From: a virus
Virus genome (UHGV): UHGV-0135394
DNA: 25,890 nt
Strand: one strand, 5' to 3'
Part shown: piece by piece, positions 10,219 through 20,392 of the stretch
Numbering within the stretch: the stretch's first letter is position 1
Layout of the letters: each line of letters opens with the position of its first letter
Notes under the pieces: generated by a model
Database searches by the model: none
What the model was told of the DNA's origin: nothing
What the model saw: the letters and a program-made list of their open reading frames with translations, nothing else
Program-made: the position numbers and the translations under genes

Positions 10219-12384
10219 TTATTGAGGTGTCTCGGCTACTCCGCCGGAGGGGATTTGAACTTGACGCATAAGATTCGCGAAATCCATGCGTTGTGAATGA
10301 GTCTGGTCTGCATCTTTAAGAAGCAGCTCAGCGTTAGCACGAGCATCTTTGCTGCGCTGTTGCTGGAATTGACCTACGAGCTTGAGGTACTCACGCAGTT
10401 CTGCCTGCTTGTCGAGGTCCATATTGTTGAAGATTTCTGCAATCTTCGCGGCGTTGAGTTGGTTTTGAGCTTCAACCTTGGCAGCTTCAACCTGAATCTG
10501 CGCCTGTTGGTTCTCTGCCTTGAGCAATTCAGCCTGACCTTGCAGAAGGATACCCTGCGCCTGAATTTGCTCTGCTGATGGCTGCTGCGGCTGCTGTTGC
10601 GCCTGTTGTACCATCTCCATCTCTTCAGGTGTTTCTGGTTTCTTCAGCCCCATCATCACCAGTTGCTTGTTCGCGTACTCTCGCATCATCTCGACGCCTT
10701 TACCGTCAAGCAGAGTGAAGTATTGCAGCATCAGCATCTGGAACTCTGGAGTACCTTGCGGAACCTTGGTGAGTAACTCCTGAATCTCTGCGCGGTTCTG
10801 TTCCTTCATGCTCTGGAAGGATGGCCCAACGTCCGTATAGCACTCATAGCGACCACGAATGTCGTTGAGTGTGACCACATTGCCGGACTGGTAATCGACA
10901 ACTTGCGCATAGAGTTGAACGTCTTTCTCGCTACCATCTTCAAGTGTCAGCGTTACATGACGAGGAACGTCATAAATATCATTGACCATTGATGCATAAA
11001 TCTCGCCATCGCGTCGCATTGCGGTAGCCAGGTTATCCTGAAACACGTATGTCTCAAGGTCTGCCCGCATGTTCAGTTGATTGACGGTATCGAAAGCGAC
11101 CTGACCGTTTGCTGCCTGCGCATCCACGCCAAGACTAGCCACCTCTTTCACTGCGTTGGTGGCAGCCTCAAGCATGTAAGCGTTGGCCTGCGGTACTTCA
11201 GGGTTTTCCATGTAAGAGATTGGACCAATCGGCAGGTCGTTACCGTTTTCATCGTTCTTGTTCTGCAGATAGTACGGATAGTCATCATTTCCACCGTACA
11301 TGTATTCGTAGCCTTCGATTTGCTCAGGGAAGAAGGTCGGTTTCTTCTTCGGTGAACGAGCAACAATATCGGCGTTGAATGACATGATCATGTTACGAAG
11401 GCGCTGACCGTCTTTCGTCAGCCTTACCACTCCTTCGTAGCACTCCTTGTCACCAGCGAATGACCATTCGCCATACACTGGAACGATTGGAATATGCTCT
11501 CCGGCTATCTTCTCGCGGTCTTTCAGTATCTGCGTGCAGGTGATGATCGACTTATACACACGCCGACGCTTCACCTTGCGCTCTGCTACCTTAATGAATC
11601 CACGATTAGCCAGGTCGTCGATGACGTCTTTGATATCCTGCTGGTAATAGCTGACCGGCTCACCTGTCAGCGGGTCGCGGTAGATGAAGACTTTCTCTTT
11701 CTTCTCTTCTACCTCGTAATACTCAGCAACGTAGACGACATCATTCGATACCCACGGAAACAGCCATGTATCGTTTGGATTCTGGAAAGATGGCAAGGTG
11801 TCAGGATCAATACCGTAATCCTCTGCGAACTCTTTCCAGCCATTGCGCGACAAGGCGTTAATCACCGTGCAGTGCTTAGCGTCGCTCTTATCCATCTGCT
11901 TGCTGTTGGCGTCCCATATGACGTGTGAGCAGGCTTCATGGATTGGAAGGCGTCGGATTACCTGATTGTTGCTTGTTGGGTCGTTGTCTTCGTACTGGGT
12001 GACCAGACGCCATGCACCAACGCCGGACTCTATCTGCTCACGAACTCCAACGTTAACGGCAATCTTTGCCGTGTTATGGCGCATATCAGTACGATACATT
12101 CCCATCAACACATCGGCAGCATCAGGATTAGCGCCGTCTTTGGGTCGGAAGAGAACGTCGATAGGGTTCCGGCGCATCTCTGCGACCAGTTTCCTGACCA
12201 CCGGGCGAACAACATCGAATTGTCCGCGATATTGCAGAGTCGTGTAGTTTGATAGCCAGTCATCCCATTGCGACACTCGGCTAAAATACAGGTCATTTGT
12301 CGCCTCGGTTCTGGCTTCATCGCTCGCCATCCAGTCCGCGTCAAACTTACACAGAATGGAATTGAGTCTGTTTTCGTCGGCCAT
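10219..12384 (-). CDS. Portal protein, P22 gp1-like (721 aa)
   Basis: Full-length similarity to recalled P22 portal, including Gln-rich C-terminal barrel region ending SGGVAETPQ. Confidence 0.95.
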   Translation of the reverse strand: MADENRLNSILCKFDADWMASDEARTEATNDLYFSRVSQWDDWLSNYTTLQYRGQFDVVRPVVRKLVAEMRRNPIDVLFRPKDGANPDAADVLMGMYRTDMRHNTAKIAVNVGVREQIESGVGAWRLVTQYEDNDPTSNNQVIRRLPIHEACSHVIWDANSKQMDKSDAKHCTVINALSRNGWKEFAEDYGIDPDTLPSFQNPNDTWLFPWVSNDVVYVAEYYEVEEKKEKVFIYRDPLTGEPVSYYQQDIKDVIDDLANRGFIKVAERKVKRRRVYKSIITCTQILKDREKIAGEHIPIVPVYGEWSFAGDKECYEGVVRLTKDGQRLRNMIMSFNADIVARSPKKKPTFFPEQIEGYEYMYGGNDDYPYYLQNKNDENGNDLPIGPISYMENPEVPQANAYMLEAATNAVKEVASLGVDAQAANGQVAFDTVNQLNMRADLETYVFQDNLATAMRRDGEIYASMVNDIYDVPRHVTLTLEDGSEKDVQLYAQVVDYQSGNVVTLNDIRGRYECYTDVGPSFQSMKEQNRAEIQELLTKVPQGTPEFQMLMLQYFTLLDGKGVEMMREYANKQLVMMGLKKPETPEEMEMVQQAQQQPQQPSAEQIQAQGILLQGQAELLKAENQQAQIQVEAAKVEAQNQLNAAKIAEIFNNMDLDKQAELREYLKLVGQFQQQRSKDARANAELLLKDADQTHSQRMDFANLMRQVQIPSGGVAETPQ

Positions 12385-13884
12385 TTAAGTTCTCCGTGCG
12401 ATGGGCCTGATTGGGGCTGGTATCTTTTTCTCTTTTGGTTTTTTGATGTCGCGCATCATTTTGGAGAAGCGGCGCATCATGTATGCATAGCGAACGGCTG
12501 AGAGAACGTCGTCGTTAAGCTTGACGATCTTCCCGTTTTCATCACGGTGATAGAGGCGAAACTCCTCAAAGAATGGTTCACAGGTGTTGAATACCTTGAA
12601 GCGACCATCTAGCATCATGTCGCGCAATTCAGTGATTCCAGGCTCAACAGCATTACCGCCATCAGGCCATGTCGCATGCTCCTGCAACATCATAAATCCA
12701 GCGTCTGCATACTGCCCTTTGAGCTGCTCACCGCCGCCCTTCTCATGCTGGTTTCCGTCATGAGGCCATGCGGTTGGCACTTTATGCGCCCATGATTTAA
12801 CAGCTCCCCATGCCTGAACAGCTGTTTTTTCTTTCGCCTTCCACACGCGTGAAACGTAGATTGTGTCTGCGTCCTTATCCCACCAAAGCTGAACCTGCGC
12901 CTGTGGGTGATCCCATCCGAAATCCATCCCACCAATTACGTAGAAGTGATCAGGACACTCGAACGGCTGACACTTAATCGTCTCTTCCGGTATCTGGAAG
13001 ATTCGACCACTACCCATCGTAGGAATACCGCGAGCACGCGCCTCTCTCTCATGCTCGGGATAGGATGCGATGATTTGCTCTTTCTGCTCGTCGGTGTAGT
13101 GCTCAGCGTCGTAGATGGTCATGTTGACAACTTTCTGCGACTTGCTGGGATTCTTCAGGAACTTGGTAACAACGTCAGACATCCCCATCAGCGGGGTAAA
13201 CGTCAGAATTGAGAATTGCCCGTATTTGTTGGTACGGGTAAGACCTTCGCCATAAATGCTGTATGGTGGTTCTTCGTCAAACCACACGCCGTGGATTGTG
13301 TCACCCTGCCAGCGAGCGCGGCCTTGCGAGTATGGTTTGAAGTAGCAGATTGAAATGCCATCTTCAACGCCATCAGCCGTGTGATGCTTAACCAGAAGAT
13401 GATCAACAAGGTTCGGAAAGAAAGGAGACTTCTTCCAGCTAATGATGTCCTCTTTCGGTATGGAACCGTAGCCAGGCTCATCATTCTCTTCGATACGACC
13501 GCACAGGATGCGTTGAGTCGTTTTGGTTACAGTCTCGTTTGTCTCGCCGCCAATCCAGAAGACAACAGGCTCATAGAAACGCTTACCTTTCCACTCCCCA
13601 CCATATTTACCATCAGCAGGATAGCCTTTTGTGCCCGGATAACGCCCTGTAAGGTGAAACGCGACTTCAGCAGCACCAGTAAATGACTTACCAAGCTGGT
13701 TACCAGCCATAAAACATCGCTCTGGATAGTCATGTCCGGCGTCGATGAACTCACGCTGTTTGCTGTATGGCGTAAATTCATATAGCAGGTGAGTGTTCCG
13801 GTAGTTCTCTTCTTCTTCGAGTAGCTCGAGCAATTCGATTTGCTCTTCGTCGCTCAAGTTATCAAGAATCGCGTCCAGTTCCAC
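12385..13884 (-). CDS. Terminase large subunit, P22 gp2-like (499 aa)
   Basis: N-terminus [37 protein letters not shown] and length match recalled P22 gp2; Walker-type GNQLGKS motif. Confidence 0.95.
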   Translation of the reverse strand: MELDAILDNLSDEEQIELLELLEEEENYRNTHLLYEFTPYSKQREFIDAGHDYPERCFMAGNQLGKSFTGAAEVAFHLTGRYPGTKGYPADGKYGGEWKGKRFYEPVVFWIGGETNETVTKTTQRILCGRIEENDEPGYGSIPKEDIISWKKSPFFPNLVDHLLVKHHTADGVEDGISICYFKPYSQGRARWQGDTIHGVWFDEEPPYSIYGEGLTRTNKYGQFSILTFTPLMGMSDVVTKFLKNPSKSQKVVNMTIYDAEHYTDEQKEQIIASYPEHEREARARGIPTMGSGRIFQIPEETIKCQPFECPDHFYVIGGMDFGWDHPQAQVQLWWDKDADTIYVSRVWKAKEKTAVQAWGAVKSWAHKVPTAWPHDGNQHEKGGGEQLKGQYADAGFMMLQEHATWPDGGNAVEPGITELRDMMLDGRFKVFNTCEPFFEEFRLYHRDENGKIVKLNDDVLSAVRYAYMMRRFSKMMRDIKKPKEKKIPAPIRPIARRT

Positions 13885-14356
13885 GGTTGAATAGCTCCTT
13901 GATACGAGAGCGTCGCTTATCGCGATCTCCCTTATCAGGTGTCACGTCTTCAACTTGCGACTGCTCTTTGAGGCCCAAATCACGGGCGATGATATTAGCG
14001 TTGAGAAGGTCAGCGGCTGCGCCAGAGAATTTCTGGTCGTAGATGACCTGCTCTGCTCGCGTAACGACTTCAGATAAATCTTCTCGCAGGCGATATGTGC
14101 GCCATGTTTCAAGCGTCACATCAATGAACAGAGTGAGGCCGGTAATGGTCATCGCTCGCATCTTGGCGATAGGCTCTTGTATCACTTCACCCTGATACGA
14201 GAACGCCTTCATCTCCCATAGCGGGTTAGCTTCAACCCACTCGAAGTATTCACAACAAGCAGCCCACAGCGCCTCGGGCGATTCGAATTTAGGGTTTCGC
14301 CCATGACTACTGCGGGCCTCCCAAAATCGGTTGCCCTTTGGTGCTGCCATATTCAT
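13862..14356 (-). CDS. Terminase small subunit, P22 gp3-like; true start probably the third codon (ATG at 14348..14350)
   Basis: [38 protein letters not shown] matches recalled P22 gp3; expected to contain the pac site for headful packaging. Confidence 0.9.
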   Translation of the reverse strand: MNMAAPKGNRFWEARSSHGRNPKFESPEALWAACCEYFEWVEANPLWEMKAFSYQGEVIQEPIAKMRAMTITGLTLFIDVTLETWRTYRLREDLSEVVTRAEQVIYDQKFSGAAADLLNANIIARDLGLKEQSQVEDVTPDKGDRDKRRSRIKELFNRGTGRDS

Positions 14357-14373
14357 CTCACTTAGTTGTTATT

Positions 14374-14553
14374 TCAGGCTGAGGACTCTTTCGCGCCTTC
14401 AATCAGTGACTGCTTCAGCAATTCGAGTGTGCCAATCGCCTCGCATAAACTGATTTCACCATCGTAATCATGGATGGCGCTTTCCATCCGCTCGTATAGC
14501 TCTTGAGTAATTGGGAATTTCTTCTCCTTACCCAAATTGATTACGCGGCTCAC
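14374..14553 (-). CDS. Possible small ORF (59 aa, GTG start) upstream of small terminase
   Basis: Open frame found by manual reading of the minus strand; below the 60-aa ORF-track cutoff; no strong SD identified. Confidence 0.25.
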   Translation of the reverse strand: MSRVINLGKEKKFPITQELYERMESAIHDYDGEISLCEAIGTLELLKQSLIEGAKESSA

Positions 14554-14554
14554 A

Positions 14555-14797
14555 TCATGCTCCGGTGGTGAACAGGTCTAACGCTTCCTTCGATTTACGC
14601 ACCGCTTCGATAGTGCGGGTCGTGATATCTGAATTAGCGCCGCCTGACTGGAAGTGAATTTTGAATAGCTCAAGCTTCAGCTCGTCAGTGCCAATGAATT
14701 GAAATGCTTCTTCTGCGGCTGCGTTCTGGTTCATGACCAGTTTGTAAATCTCTAACTGGAATTTCTGTTCTTCAGTCATGGGAATAATCTCTGCCAT
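14555..14797 (-). CDS. Hypothetical phage protein (80 aa)
   Basis: ORF in the lysis-to-terminase accessory cluster, same strand as the late genes. Confidence 0.5.
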   Translation of the reverse strand: MAEIIPMTEEQKFQLEIYKLVMNQNAAAEEAFQFIGTDELKLELFKIHFQSGGANSDITTRTIEAVRKSKEALDLFTTGA

Positions 14798-14812
14798 TGT
14801 TGGCTCCGTTTA

Positions 14813-14844
14813 TCCGTTAAAAGGGATATCAGTTAAGTTATCCC
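14813..14844 (-). terminator. Possible weak intrinsic terminator
   Basis: Minus-strand hairpin GGGAUA-10 nt loop-UAUCCC (plus 14823..14844) followed by CUUUUAA. Confidence 0.3.
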
Positions 14845-14900
14845 GTGTAGGGTATAAGCCATTATCAAAGCCACTCTGTAGGGAATGGCTTTTGTAATAA

Positions 14901-15272
14901 CTACTGTTCGCTTAGCTTCTGCTTCAGCAAGTAACCTTCCAGCATCCAGATTTTATTCACCGCATTTTCGCGGGCGATCTTGCGACCGATCTCCGGGTCG
15001 AAGTTTTCCGGGCTGGCGCAGGCGCTTTCGCCGGTGACGGTGAAGCCGTTGCGCAGCACCAGGACGCAGAATGTAAGAAGCTTTAATGCTTCCTGACTTT
15101 CGGTTAAATCAAGCGCGGATTTGTATGTCGCCATAGCGCCCTCTCCGCCAATACCATCGTATGCGGTGAAGCAATGCTCGCTTTTAATCACGTCTTCGAT
15201 GTGCTGAGGAGTGATTCGCGGGGCTGTTTTGCCTTTCTCAACGATTTCTTTTTCGATTTGCTGGTCGTTCAT
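14901..15272 (-). CDS. Conserved phage protein (123 aa), possibly N4 gp49 / Sf6 gp66 family
   Basis: ORF in the accessory cluster; family assignment is from recollection only. Confidence 0.5.
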   Translation of the reverse strand: MNDQQIEKEIVEKGKTAPRITPQHIEDVIKSEHCFTAYDGIGGEGAMATYKSALDLTESQEALKLLTFCVLVLRNGFTVTGESACASPENFDPEIGRKIARENAVNKIWMLEGYLLKQKLSEQ

Positions 15273-15348
15273 AATTATGACCTTGTTGGTTGTTAAAGAT
15301 GTTTTTGTGATGGCGATAAAAAGGCCGCCTGAGCGACCTGTTAGTTGT

Positions 15349-15537
15349 TCACAACTTCCATTGTTGAAGGTTCAGCATGTCGAAAAATGATCCGCATTTG
15401 GGGGGATTTTCCATTCTTGCCCTCTCTTCAGCCGCTTTGTAATAAGCCATTGGCCTTTTCACACCATCAGTACCAGTGATGTATTCAACGCCTTCCTTCT
15501 GGTCTTTGTTTACGGAAACCATCGCAACATCTTCCAC
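15349..15537 (-). CDS. Hypothetical small protein (62 aa)
   Basis: ORF in accessory cluster; flanked by about 200-bp non-coding gaps. Confidence 0.4.
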   Translation of the reverse strand: MEDVAMVSVNKDQKEGVEYITGTDGVKRPMAYYKAAEERARMENPPKCGSFFDMLNLQQWKL

Positions 15538-15751
15538 TTGTTCGTTATCGATTCAGCGGATGTCTTTCCATCAGTCCGCCACCACAAAGAATCTTTTTTG
15601 CCTTAAGGCAGGAGCTTCATCTTTCAGTGGCTGCCAGTGTTATTTCCCCACTTACTGGCTTGGGTTGTTTCGTGGTACTGCCGTTAACTGGTGGCCCAGA
15701 ATAAATTCCGGTTTCATTATCAAGCCCACCCGTAAATGGGCTTTGTAATGG

Positions 15752-16015
15752 CTACTTCACTTTTGCTTTTGCTTCCGCTCGCTTACGCCGGCGCTCTTCT
15801 TTCCTCTCGGCTTTTGCCATGTCCATGAATGCCTGCATGATCGAGTTCCGCATCATGTAGCTAACAAAGTGATGATTGACACAGCCGTTGAGGCGCAGCT
15901 GCTCGCCAAACTCATCCACCGAGGCCAATGCTTCCATCATGCCCTTCTCGCCTTTCATGAACTCTGAGAAGTCGCGCCCCGCTCTGGAGGCGCATTCAAT
16001 GACACGATCACTCAT
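15752..16015 (-). CDS. Hypothetical protein (87 aa) with Lys/Arg/Glu-rich C-terminus
   Basis: ATGA-type start overlap with upstream KilA-N gene stop suggests translational coupling. Confidence 0.5.
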   Translation of the reverse strand: MSDRVIECASRAGRDFSEFMKGEKGMMEALASVDEFGEQLRLNGCVNHHFVSYMMRNSIMQAFMDMAKAERKEERRRKRAEAKAKVK

Positions 16016-16509
16016 CCCGGAAGCCCGGGGATCGTAATCTGCAGCTGGTTAGCCAGGGAGTTAATCTCAGCGACCAACACTGGCTTCGTATAGCGCCATG
16101 CTGCCAGCCCTTGTCCGCAGAAGCTCGCCATGTCTTTCTTCTGGTCAAACTCATGACATTTCATGTTGAGCTGCGCACTTAAGCTGTTGCGATGCTGAAG
16201 TTCTCCGGTGAAGTAGTCATCGAGGACTTTATAGGCCGCGTACTTGAACCCGGGGTTTAACCAAGCCGCATAATCGTAAGCAACAAACTTCCCGCCATAT
16301 GTTCCACCGTGTACACCGCGCTCAGTAAAAACCACAGATTCGTGGTTTTTCTCCAGCTCGGCTAAGAACTCTTTGGTCTGCTTGTTTCGCAGATAGTGGT
16401 ACGGCGATTCAGATTCACTTTTACCACTAGCTTTCCACATGTCAGTGAGGCAGATCATGCCATCTTCACCGATACGAATTGGTTGATTGAAGAGGGTTAA
16501 TGATTTCAT
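16012..16509 (-). CDS. KilA-N domain protein (165 aa)
   Basis: N-terminal region ...GMICLTDMWKASGKSESESPYHYLRNKQTKEFL resembles KilA-N/APSES-type DNA-binding domains common in phage accessory regions. Confidence 0.6.
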   Translation of the reverse strand: MKSLTLFNQPIRIGEDGMICLTDMWKASGKSESESPYHYLRNKQTKEFLAELEKNHESVVFTERGVHGGTYGGKFVAYDYAAWLNPGFKYAAYKVLDDYFTGELQHRNSLSAQLNMKCHEFDQKKDMASFCGQGLAAWRYTKPVLVAEINSLANQLQITIPGLPG

Positions 16510-16625
16510 AGCGTGTACCTACTCTTTGAAATGAACCTTTGCCGCACAGGAAACCAGCCCACCGAGGCTCGCCAGCACTAACTGGTATCCTCAAAGGCCC
16601 ATTCCAAAGGGGCAGGTTCGGTGTA

Positions 16626-16682
16626 AAAAACATGCGTTGCGGTACGCATTTATTGCAAAAAGCCCCGCATCGCGAGGCTCAT
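16626..16682 (-). terminator. Two tandem hairpins with U-tracts downstream of the lysis cassette
   Basis: Minus strand: GCCUCGCGAUGCGGGGC + UUUUUGC (plus ~16658..16682) and AUGCGU-6 nt loop-ACGCAU + GUUUUUU (plus ~16626..16649). Confidence 0.4.
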
Positions 16683-16710
16683 TAAATGGACTTTGTGATT
16701 TGCAAAAAAA

Positions 16711-17169
16711 TTATTTCAGGCATTGCGTCCTGATGTATTCCTGCAGGTAGTTAACCTGCGCGGTTATCTTGTCGATTCCACTTCGGAGACGGTAATAATT
16801 GAGTTCAGCATCTGCTGTAAGTCCTGGGCTTTCTCCATCGCCCATGCCGCTGGCTCCGGTCGTTGACTTTGCACAGGTGGCGGCGACTTGCAGGCGCTTA
16901 CGCCCAGCAGAAACATCAGCACGGAGACTTTCGATAGTCGCGTTAGCATCAGCAAGCTCCTTTGTGTATCTTGCGTCGAGTTCTGCTACATCACGTTGAC
17001 GCTTCCGCATGTCAGCGATGGTGGCGTTCGCCTTCTCCAGTTCACTGGCCTTGTTATCGCGCTGCTCTTTGTAGGCGATTGCGTTATCACGGTAATGATT
17101 AACAGCCCATGACAGGCAGACGATGATGCAGATAATCAGAGCGGGGATAATCGCGGTTACTCTGCTCAT
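16711..17169 (-). CDS. Rz: Spanin inner-membrane subunit Rz (152 aa)
   Basis: N-terminal TM helix plus coiled-coil periplasmic domain; close to recalled lambda Rz; follows R with 4-nt overlap. Confidence 0.9.
   Translation of the reverse strand: MSRVTAIIPALIICIIVCLSWAVNHYRDNAIAYKEQRDNKASELEKANATIADMRKRQRDVAELDARYTKELADANATIESLRADVSAGRKRLQVAATCAKSTTGASGMGDGESPGLTADAELNYYRLRSGIDKITAQVNYLQEYIRTQCLK
16764..16955 (-). CDS. Rz1: Spanin outer-membrane lipoprotein Rz1, embedded in the +1 frame of Rz
   Basis: Embedded ORF with lipobox-like ...LLGVSAC and Pro-rich mature region; exact start within the ORF uncertain. Confidence 0.8.
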   Translation of the reverse strand: MLMLTRLSKVSVLMFLLGVSACKSPPPVQSQRPEPAAWAMEKAQDLQQMLNSIITVSEVESTR

Positions 17170-17642
17170 ACCTCAATCTCTCTGACCGTTCCGCCCGCTT
17201 CTTTGAATTTTGCAATCAGGCTGTCAGCCTTATGCTCGAACTGACCATAACCAGCGCCCGGCAGTGAAGCCCAGATATTGCTGCAACGGTCGATAGCCTG
17301 ACGAATATCACCGCGATCAATCATCGGTAAAGCGCCACGCTCTTTAATCTGCTGCAATGCCACTGCGTCCTGGCTTTTGGGAGAGAAGTCTTTCAGGCCA
17401 AGCTGCTTGCGATAGGCATCCCACCAACGGGAAAGAAGTTGGTAACGTCCGGCTGCTGTTGATTTGAGTTTTGGGTTTAGCGTGACAAGTTTGCGAGGGT
17501 GATCGGAGTAATCAGTGAATAGCTCTCCGCCTACAATGACGTCATAACCATGATTTCTGGTTTTCTGCCGTCCGTTATCAGTTCCCTCTGACCACGCCAG
17601 CATATCGAGGAACGCCTTACGTTGATTATTGATTTCCACCAT
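17166..17642 (-). CDS. R: Endolysin, lambda R-type lytic transglycosylase (158 aa)
   Basis: Near-identity to recalled lambda R ([35 protein letters not shown]...). Confidence 0.95.
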   Translation of the reverse strand: MVEINNQRKAFLDMLAWSEGTDNGRQKTRNHGYDVIVGGELFTDYSDHPRKLVTLNPKLKSTAAGRYQLLSRWWDAYRKQLGLKDFSPKSQDAVALQQIKERGALPMIDRGDIRQAIDRCSNIWASLPGAGYGQFEHKADSLIAKFKEAGGTVREIEV

Positions 17643-17949
17643 CTTCTACTCCGGCTTTTTTAGCAGCGAAGCGTTTGATAAGCGAACCAATCGAGTCAGT
17701 ACCGATGTAGCCGATGAACACGCTCGTTATATAAGCGAGATTGCTACTTAGTCCGGCGAAGTCGAGAAGGTCACGAATGAACCAGGCGATAATGGCGCAC
17801 ATCGTTGCGTCGATTACTGTTTTTGTAAACGCACCGCCATTATATCTGCCGCGAAGGTACGCCATTGCAAACGCAAGGATTGCCCCGATGCCTTGTTCCT
17901 TTGCCGCGAGAATGGCGGCTAACAGGTCATGTTTTTCTGGCATCTTCAT
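17626..17949 (-). CDS. S: Class I holin, lambda S-type (107 aa) with dual-start motif
   Basis: Near-identity to recalled lambda S; Met1-Lys2-Met3 dual start (antiholin S107 / holin S105). Confidence 0.95.
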   Translation of the reverse strand: MKMPEKHDLLAAILAAKEQGIGAILAFAMAYLRGRYNGGAFTKTVIDATMCAIIAWFIRDLLDFAGLSSNLAYITSVFIGYIGTDSIGSLIKRFAAKKAGVEDGGNQ

Positions 17950-18342
17950 GTCTTACCCCCAATAAGGGGATTTGCTCTATTTAATTAGGAATAAGGTCGA
18001 TTACTGATAGAACAAATCCAGGCTACTGTGTTTAGTAATCAGATTTGTTCGTGACCGATATGCACGGGCAAAACGGCAGGAGGTTGTTAGCGCGACCTCC
18101 TGTCACCCGCTTTCACGAAGATCATGTGTAGAAGGCCGCAGCGTAACTATCACTGATGAATTCAGGATAGCCAGTGGCTACGGCTCAGTTTGGGTTGTGC
18201 TGTTGCTGGGCGGCGATGACGCCTGTACGCATTTGGTGATCCGGTTCTGCTTCCGGTATTCGCTTAATTCAGCACAACGGAAAGAGCACTCAATGCATTT
18301 AAACCAAGCCCCATAAAGGAGAATGCTCTTACCTGTTGCACA

Positions 18343-18406
18343 GATATAAAAAATCCCGAAACCGTTATGCAGGCTCTAACTATTACCTGCGAACTGTTTC
18401 GGGATT
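18343..18406 (-). terminator. tR'-like intrinsic terminator of the late leader transcript
   Basis: Long imperfect hairpin (UCCCGAAAC...GUUUCGGGA) followed by UUUUUUAU on the minus strand; matches recalled lambda tR'. Confidence 0.8.
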
Positions 18407-18540
18407 GCATTTTGCAGACCTCTCAGCCTGCGATGGTTGGAGTTCCAGACGATACGTCGAAGTGACCAACTAGGCGGAATCGGTAGTAAGCGCCGCCTCT
18501 TTTCATCTCACTACCACAACGAGCGAATTAACCCATCGTT
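18345..18540 (-). ncRNA. Lambda 6S-like short late leader RNA (pR' to tR')
   Basis: About 196 nt between the predicted pR' start site and tR', matching the roughly 194-nt lambda 6S RNA; sequence close to recalled lambda. Confidence 0.5.
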
Positions 18541-18546
18541 GGGTCA

Positions 18547-18575
18547 AATTTACCCAACTTTATTCAAAAAGTCAA
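18547..18575 (-). promoter_or_regulatory. Late promoter pR' with overlapping Q-utilisation (qut) region
   Basis: Minus strand -35 TTGACT (plus 18570..18575), 17-bp spacer, -10 TAAATT (plus 18547..18552), as in lambda pR', directly downstream of Q. Confidence 0.8.
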
Positions 18576-18617
18576 TATCATGCCGTTAATATGTTGCCAT
18601 CCGTGGCAATCATGCTG

Positions 18618-19241
18618 CTAACGTGTGACCGCATTCAAAATGTTGTCTGCGATTGACTCTTCTTTGTGGCATTGCACCACCAGAGCGTCATACAGCGGCT
18701 TAACAGTGCGTGACCAGGTGGGTTGAGTAAGGTTTGGGATTAGCATCGTTACAGCGCGATATGCGGCGCTTGCTGGCATTCTTGAATAGCCGACACCTTT
18801 GCATCTTCCGCACTCTTTCTCAACAACTCTCCCCCACTGCTCTGTTTTGGCTATATCAACCGCACGGCCTGTACCGTGGCAATCTCTGCATCTTGCGCCC
18901 GGCGTCGCGGCACTACGGCAATAATCCGCATAAGCGAATGTTGCGAGCACTTGCAGTACCTTTGCCTTAGTATTTCCTTCAAGCTTTGCCACACCACGGT
19001 ATTTCCCCGATACCTTGTGTGCAAATTGCATCAGATAGTTGATAGCCTTTTGTTTGTCGTTCTGGCTGAGTTCGTGCTTACCACAGAATGCAGCCATTCC
19101 GAATCCGGCTTGTGATTGCGCCATCCCCATAGCAGCCATCACATCAGTACCGGAAAGAGAGTCAGAAGCCGTAGCCCGTGGTGAGTCGCTCATCATCGGG
19201 CTTTTTGGCGAATGAAATTTAGCTACGCTTTCGAGCCTCAT
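18618..19241 (-). CDS. Q: Late-gene antiterminator Q, lambda-type (207 aa)
   Basis: Essentially identical to recalled lambda Q, including Cys-rich zinc-binding region CRDCHGTG...CGRCKG. Confidence 0.95.
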   Translation of the reverse strand: MRLESVAKFHSPKSPMMSDSPRATASDSLSGTDVMAAMGMAQSQAGFGMAAFCGKHELSQNDKQKAINYLMQFAHKVSGKYRGVAKLEGNTKAKVLQVLATFAYADYCRSAATPGARCRDCHGTGRAVDIAKTEQWGRVVEKECGRCKGVGYSRMPASAAYRAVTMLIPNLTQPTWSRTVKPLYDALVVQCHKEESIADNILNAVTR

Positions 19242-19426
19242 GGCCTTCCCCTTTTGCCCTGTTTGACCATCAGGACGCCGTTAACTATTACGTGACGCTC
19301 GCCTTTGCTGTCTCGGTTGTACTTGAGCACTGTTCCTCTTGCGCAGGAAAGCATCCTCGCCACTTCGGTCTGATTGCCTCGTGTCTGGATAAGAAGCTCT
19401 GGTATCGTTTGAATTGTGGCGTTCAT
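19238..19426 (-). CDS. ninH: NinH-like protein (62 aa)
   Basis: ...GNQTEVAR...CSRGTV...IVN.VLMV matches recalled lambda NinH; ATGA overlap with Q start. Confidence 0.75.
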   Translation of the reverse strand: MNATIQTIPELLIQTRGNQTEVARMLSCARGTVLKYNRDSKGERHVIVNGVLMVKQGKRGRP

Positions 19427-19785
19427 ACGTTCTCCAGTTCGGTGATTTTTATTCCAAGCCTTCCGCCTGGTACTTTCACACCACGAATTACGCGAATGTC
19501 ATCGAATTGCTCGTCGTCTTCCGCAAATCCGGCGTGGATAAGGGAGTCGAGTAAACCTTTCAGGATGTTGTCGAGGTCGCGGCGGCGGGAGTCTGGAACG
19601 TCTGCGATGACTTTGATGCGGAGTCGTGATTTGGTGAAAATGTCTAACTTGAGTTGGCGGATTATTTGCTGTACATCTTCTCGGTATTTCTGGCCTTTAT
19701 CGCTGATGTAGTATTGGCTTCCCCTTCTTCGCCAGTAGGTATTCAGCGACGGTGGGTACGGAAGCACAAACTGATATTCGTTCAT
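19423..19785 (-). CDS. rusA: Holliday-junction resolvase RusA family (120 aa)
   Basis: Length and motifs (LP.PPS.N.Y...RRRDLDN...GGRL.I.I.E) match RusA; ATGA overlap with ninH. Confidence 0.85.
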   Translation of the reverse strand: MNEYQFVLPYPPSLNTYWRRRGSQYYISDKGQKYREDVQQIIRQLKLDIFTKSRLRIKVIADVPDSRRRDLDNILKGLLDSLIHAGFAEDDEQFDDIRVIRGVKVPGGRLGIKITELENV

Positions 19786-20072
19786 GACTTAATCTTCCCC
19801 TCCTTCAGCAGTATCACCTGCGTCCTGATCACGCCTTCGAGGTGGTAAAGTCTGGCGTCTTTGTTGTCGATATTATGGGTGCGTCGGTCGATTTCATCGT
19901 GACACGCGCTACAAGCCCATGCGCCGATCAGGTCGTCAGGCTTCATTCCCGTTCCGCAAATTCCAGCCATCCGGTAATGTGCCAGAACTGTAGTTTCAGG
20001 GTTGCCATTGCATACGCCGTAAATACGTACCTGACATTCTCTGCCGCGCGCTTCTTTGCGTAGATTAGCCAT
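19782..20072 (-). CDS. ybcO: YbcO-like nin-region protein, putative Cys-rich nuclease (96 aa)
   Basis: MA.LRK.ARGRECQVRI.GVCNGNPET.VLAH...CSACHDEIDRRTH matches recalled DLP12 YbcO; GGGGAGG SD 9 nt upstream; ATGA overlap with rusA. Confidence 0.8.
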   Translation of the reverse strand: MANLRKEARGRECQVRIYGVCNGNPETTVLAHYRMAGICGTGMKPDDLIGAWACSACHDEIDRRTHNIDNKDARLYHLEGVIRTQVILLKEGKIKS

Positions 20073-20392
20073 TAAGCAGCCTCCCCGGTTACTTTCAGCA
20101 TTCCGTTATCGAGCAGCTTTCTGGTCAGCCACTGTTGACCACGCCCGGTGATTTTTGTGGTGAACGATATCTGTATTCCGTGATTTGTGTTGACCGCTGT
20201 TTCTTTCACGGTGAAATAGGCGCGATCACTTTCGTCTACTCCGTTACAAAGCGAGGCTGGGTATTTCCCGGCCTTCCTGTTATCCGAAATCCTCTGAAAG
20301 CACAGCGGCTGGCTGAGGAGATAAATAATAAACGAGGGGCTGTATGCACAAAGCATCTCCTGTTGAGTTAAGAACGAGCATTGAGATGGCAC
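20072..20392 (-). CDS. Hypothetical; probably only the 3' part is a real (possibly 5'-truncated) nin-region gene
   Basis: C-terminal ~60 codons look coding and the stop is coupled (TAATG) to the ybcO-like start; N-terminal ~45 codons are low-complexity and overlap the divergent plus-strand gene by 49 bp. Confidence 0.3.
   Translation of the reverse strand: MPSQCSFLTQQEMLCAYSPSFIIYLLSQPLCFQRISDNRKAGKYPASLCNGVDESDRAYFTVKETAVNTNHGIQISFTTKITGRGQQWLTRKLLDNGMLKVTGEAA

Noticed and set aside
11077-12501. Multiple plus-strand ORFs (for example 11494..11928, 11938..12252) inside the portal gene
   Set aside because: Shadow ORFs opposite a highly conserved portal coding sequence.
17950-18617. Possible sequence difference from lambda within the 6S leader region (around 18260..18330)
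   Set aside because: My recollection of the lambda sequence here is not reliable enough to call an indel; needs direct alignment.
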